From Bigelowiella natans CCMP2755 (Eukaryota; Protista; Cercozoa), in NCBI GenBank assembly GCA_000320545.1, contig ADNK01001189.1:1-37763 (forward strand): a stretch of 37,763 nucleotides of DNA. Direction: 5' to 3'. Of this stretch, positions 36,338 to 37,763 are shown piece by piece. The notes beneath the pieces are model-generated. The model saw nothing but the letters and a program-made list of their open reading frames with translations. It searched no databases and had not been told where the DNA came from. Numbering within the stretch: the first letter of the stretch is position 1; the number at the start of each line of letters is the position of its first letter. A program made the position numbers and the translations under genes.

Positions 36338-37617
36338 CTCTCTTCTCAATTCCCGCCTCTCATCCTTTTCGAGGTAAATATCTTACTTTGAATGCACGAG
36401 CGACAACCAAAACTGTGAGACTCGGCGCGCCATTCCATGCCCATTTGTTGCAAACGCGTTGTCATCAAAGGCGGTATCGTTGATATCCAGGCCCGAGCCG
36501 AATTTCTTTCCAAATGCATAAAGCAAGCTCTCATCGATTAGAAAATATAGTTCCTTGCGTATATTGTTGTCTATCTATCGTCACACGAATGTACATATAA
36601 ATGCGGTTCTTTATCCTGCGACACAACGACAGGAAAGCGATCATTTCTTGTGATTGCCGAATCTTACGATCAGGCCAATATTACTATTGTTTCGTGTGGC
36701 TTAACACCATGAAAATAGTCTTTAGAATCGGGTGAAGGGGACGCAACGCTGGATGTTTCTCGACGTCTCCAAACTCGGAGATATCGGAGTTATTGAGAGA
36801 TTTCGAAAGTGCAGAGTATTCTAGGAGATCCTTTGAGAATTGGGGGATGTATTTCGGCAGCCATTTGCGGATAACTTGTTTCAATATCTCCACGCTAAAT
36901 GCAGCGTAGGCTCTCTATATGTTATACACAGACACATGCATAACAATATATTAATATAATCAAGATGTAGGATTGGACCGCATCATCGTTGCCACGAAAT
37001 ATCCGGCGCCAAAAAATAATTTACATGTTATTGAGCACGCCCGCATGCCCGCACTCGCACCCGCAATCACACGCAAAAACACAGGAACAAGTTTGTGTGG
37101 AACAGCCAGTCCGTCTCTAAACTTGAAGACTTTCTTCCTGCCATACCTTTGGCAAGGCCTTCTGAAGTTGTTTCGCAACACGCTGGACAAAGTGTGCAGA
37201 AACCCACCACCTCTTCGCCTTCTCATCTGCGCTGTTCAAGCCCGCCACTGCATCGTCCATCATGCGCTCGATCAAATGTGAAAAGACCAGCCTTGCCAGG
37301 GGATGAGGCAGGCGCGAAGTAATGTCGTCATCTATTGCGAGATAATATGTATTGATGACAAATTCACGATGTCCCCGCGTACTCATCCACGACTTAAATA
37401 TCATATTACACCATATTCCCACGGCACAGTCACTGTGATGGATGATAAAAATGAGCGACCATACCGTTGAAGGAATCAATGCGGGTTGTTGGCGCAGTGC
37501 CACGCCTCCCAACTGCTGCTGCTGCTGAAGAAGAAGAAACCGTCGATGAAGTAGAAGGAGAAGTAATTGGCTTTCCATCCGCAGGACCAACTTTCTTCAA
37601 TGTCACTTTTCCTACCT
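35035..37617 (-). CDS. Hypothetical multi-exon protein (3' part; continues beyond the window end)
   Basis: GT-AG exons such as VGKVTLKKVGPADG..RIDSFN|DDDITSRLPHPLARLVFSHLIERMMDD, VEILKQVIRKWLPKYIPQF..LHPILKTIFM|SLLYAFGKKFGSGLDINDTAFDDNA, SFFDTWACGFFSGHIEKVLYSE, and a last exon ..DDWKPILDRCKQHMATTIVASAKMEE* (TAG at 35035). No family recognised; some phases are ambiguous. Confidence 0.6.
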
Positions 37618-37709
37618 GCGACAACAGTGCGTACATATTGTTAGCAAACGTGAGTAATGCAGACTATTGCGTCCAATGCGCTCCCCCCCCCTCCCTCCTC
37701 CTCTCTCTC

Positions 37710-37763
<54 letters not shown>

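Larger units (their letters stand above)
645..37761. repeat. Dispersed simple and compound microsatellites, mostly intronic: (TG)n, (TA)n, (AG)n, (TTC)n, (GAG)n; (CAG)n also in exons
   Basis: Examples: (TG)n 661-694, (TA)n ~1545-1576, (CT)n(AT)n ~2522-2580, (TA)n(TG)n ~2695-2767, (TTC)n ~3178-3216, (CA)n ~10092-10125, (AG)n ~13602-13636, (CA)n(GA)n ~27015-27088, exonic (CAG)n ~19358-19397 and ~21594-21623. Confidence 0.95.

Noticed and set aside
645-37761. Microsatellite tracts nearly all capped at ~30-40 nt
   Set aside because: More likely repeat collapse in a short-read/k-mer assembly than biological length control; long reads would be needed to revive the idea.
584-37763. Numerous short ORFs with YIYIYI, CVCVCV, THTHTH, ERERER or SLSLSL runs
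   Set aside because: These are translations of intronic microsatellites or antisense frames of real exons, not genes.
1-37763. tRNA, rRNA, CRISPR arrays, intact transposase or reverse-transcriptase ORFs
   Set aside because: No cloverleaf/T-loop context, rRNA-like tract, spaced direct-repeat array or TE protein motif was recognised by eye; a covariance-model scan could still find small RNAs.

Overview
Intron-dense microbial-eukaryote nuclear DNA. Introns are short GT-AG type and packed with (CA)n/(AG)n/(TA)n/trinucleotide microsatellites, so most of the supplied six-frame ORFs are artefacts or single exons. Splicing exons by hand gives nine genes in almost strictly alternating orientation: MFSD6-like MFS transporter (+, 5'-partial); CPA1 Na+/H+ exchanger (-); a 12-exon TPR / monothiol-glutaredoxin-like (CIHS) / Myb / Cys4 fusion protein that is invisible in the ORF track (+); ABCF3/Gcn20-type ATPase with an inserted TDRD3/SMN-like Tudor domain (-); a large low-complexity single-pass membrane protein (+); DEK-C + ARID chromatin protein (-); NAT16-like GNAT acetyltransferase (+); an intronless dual-specificity phosphatase (+); and a 5'-partial hypothetical gene (-). 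Best novelty candidates: (1) the Grx-Myb-Cys4 protein as a possible one-component Fe-S/redox-sensing regulator; (2) an ~890-bp gene relic in which every TpA not in a CTA/TAG context is absent, suggesting a RIP-like A-to-G mutational process; (3) the Tudor-ABCF fusion. I recognised no tRNA, rRNA, CRISPR array or intact transposon. All gene models were made by eye and are not confirmed by transcripts or searches.
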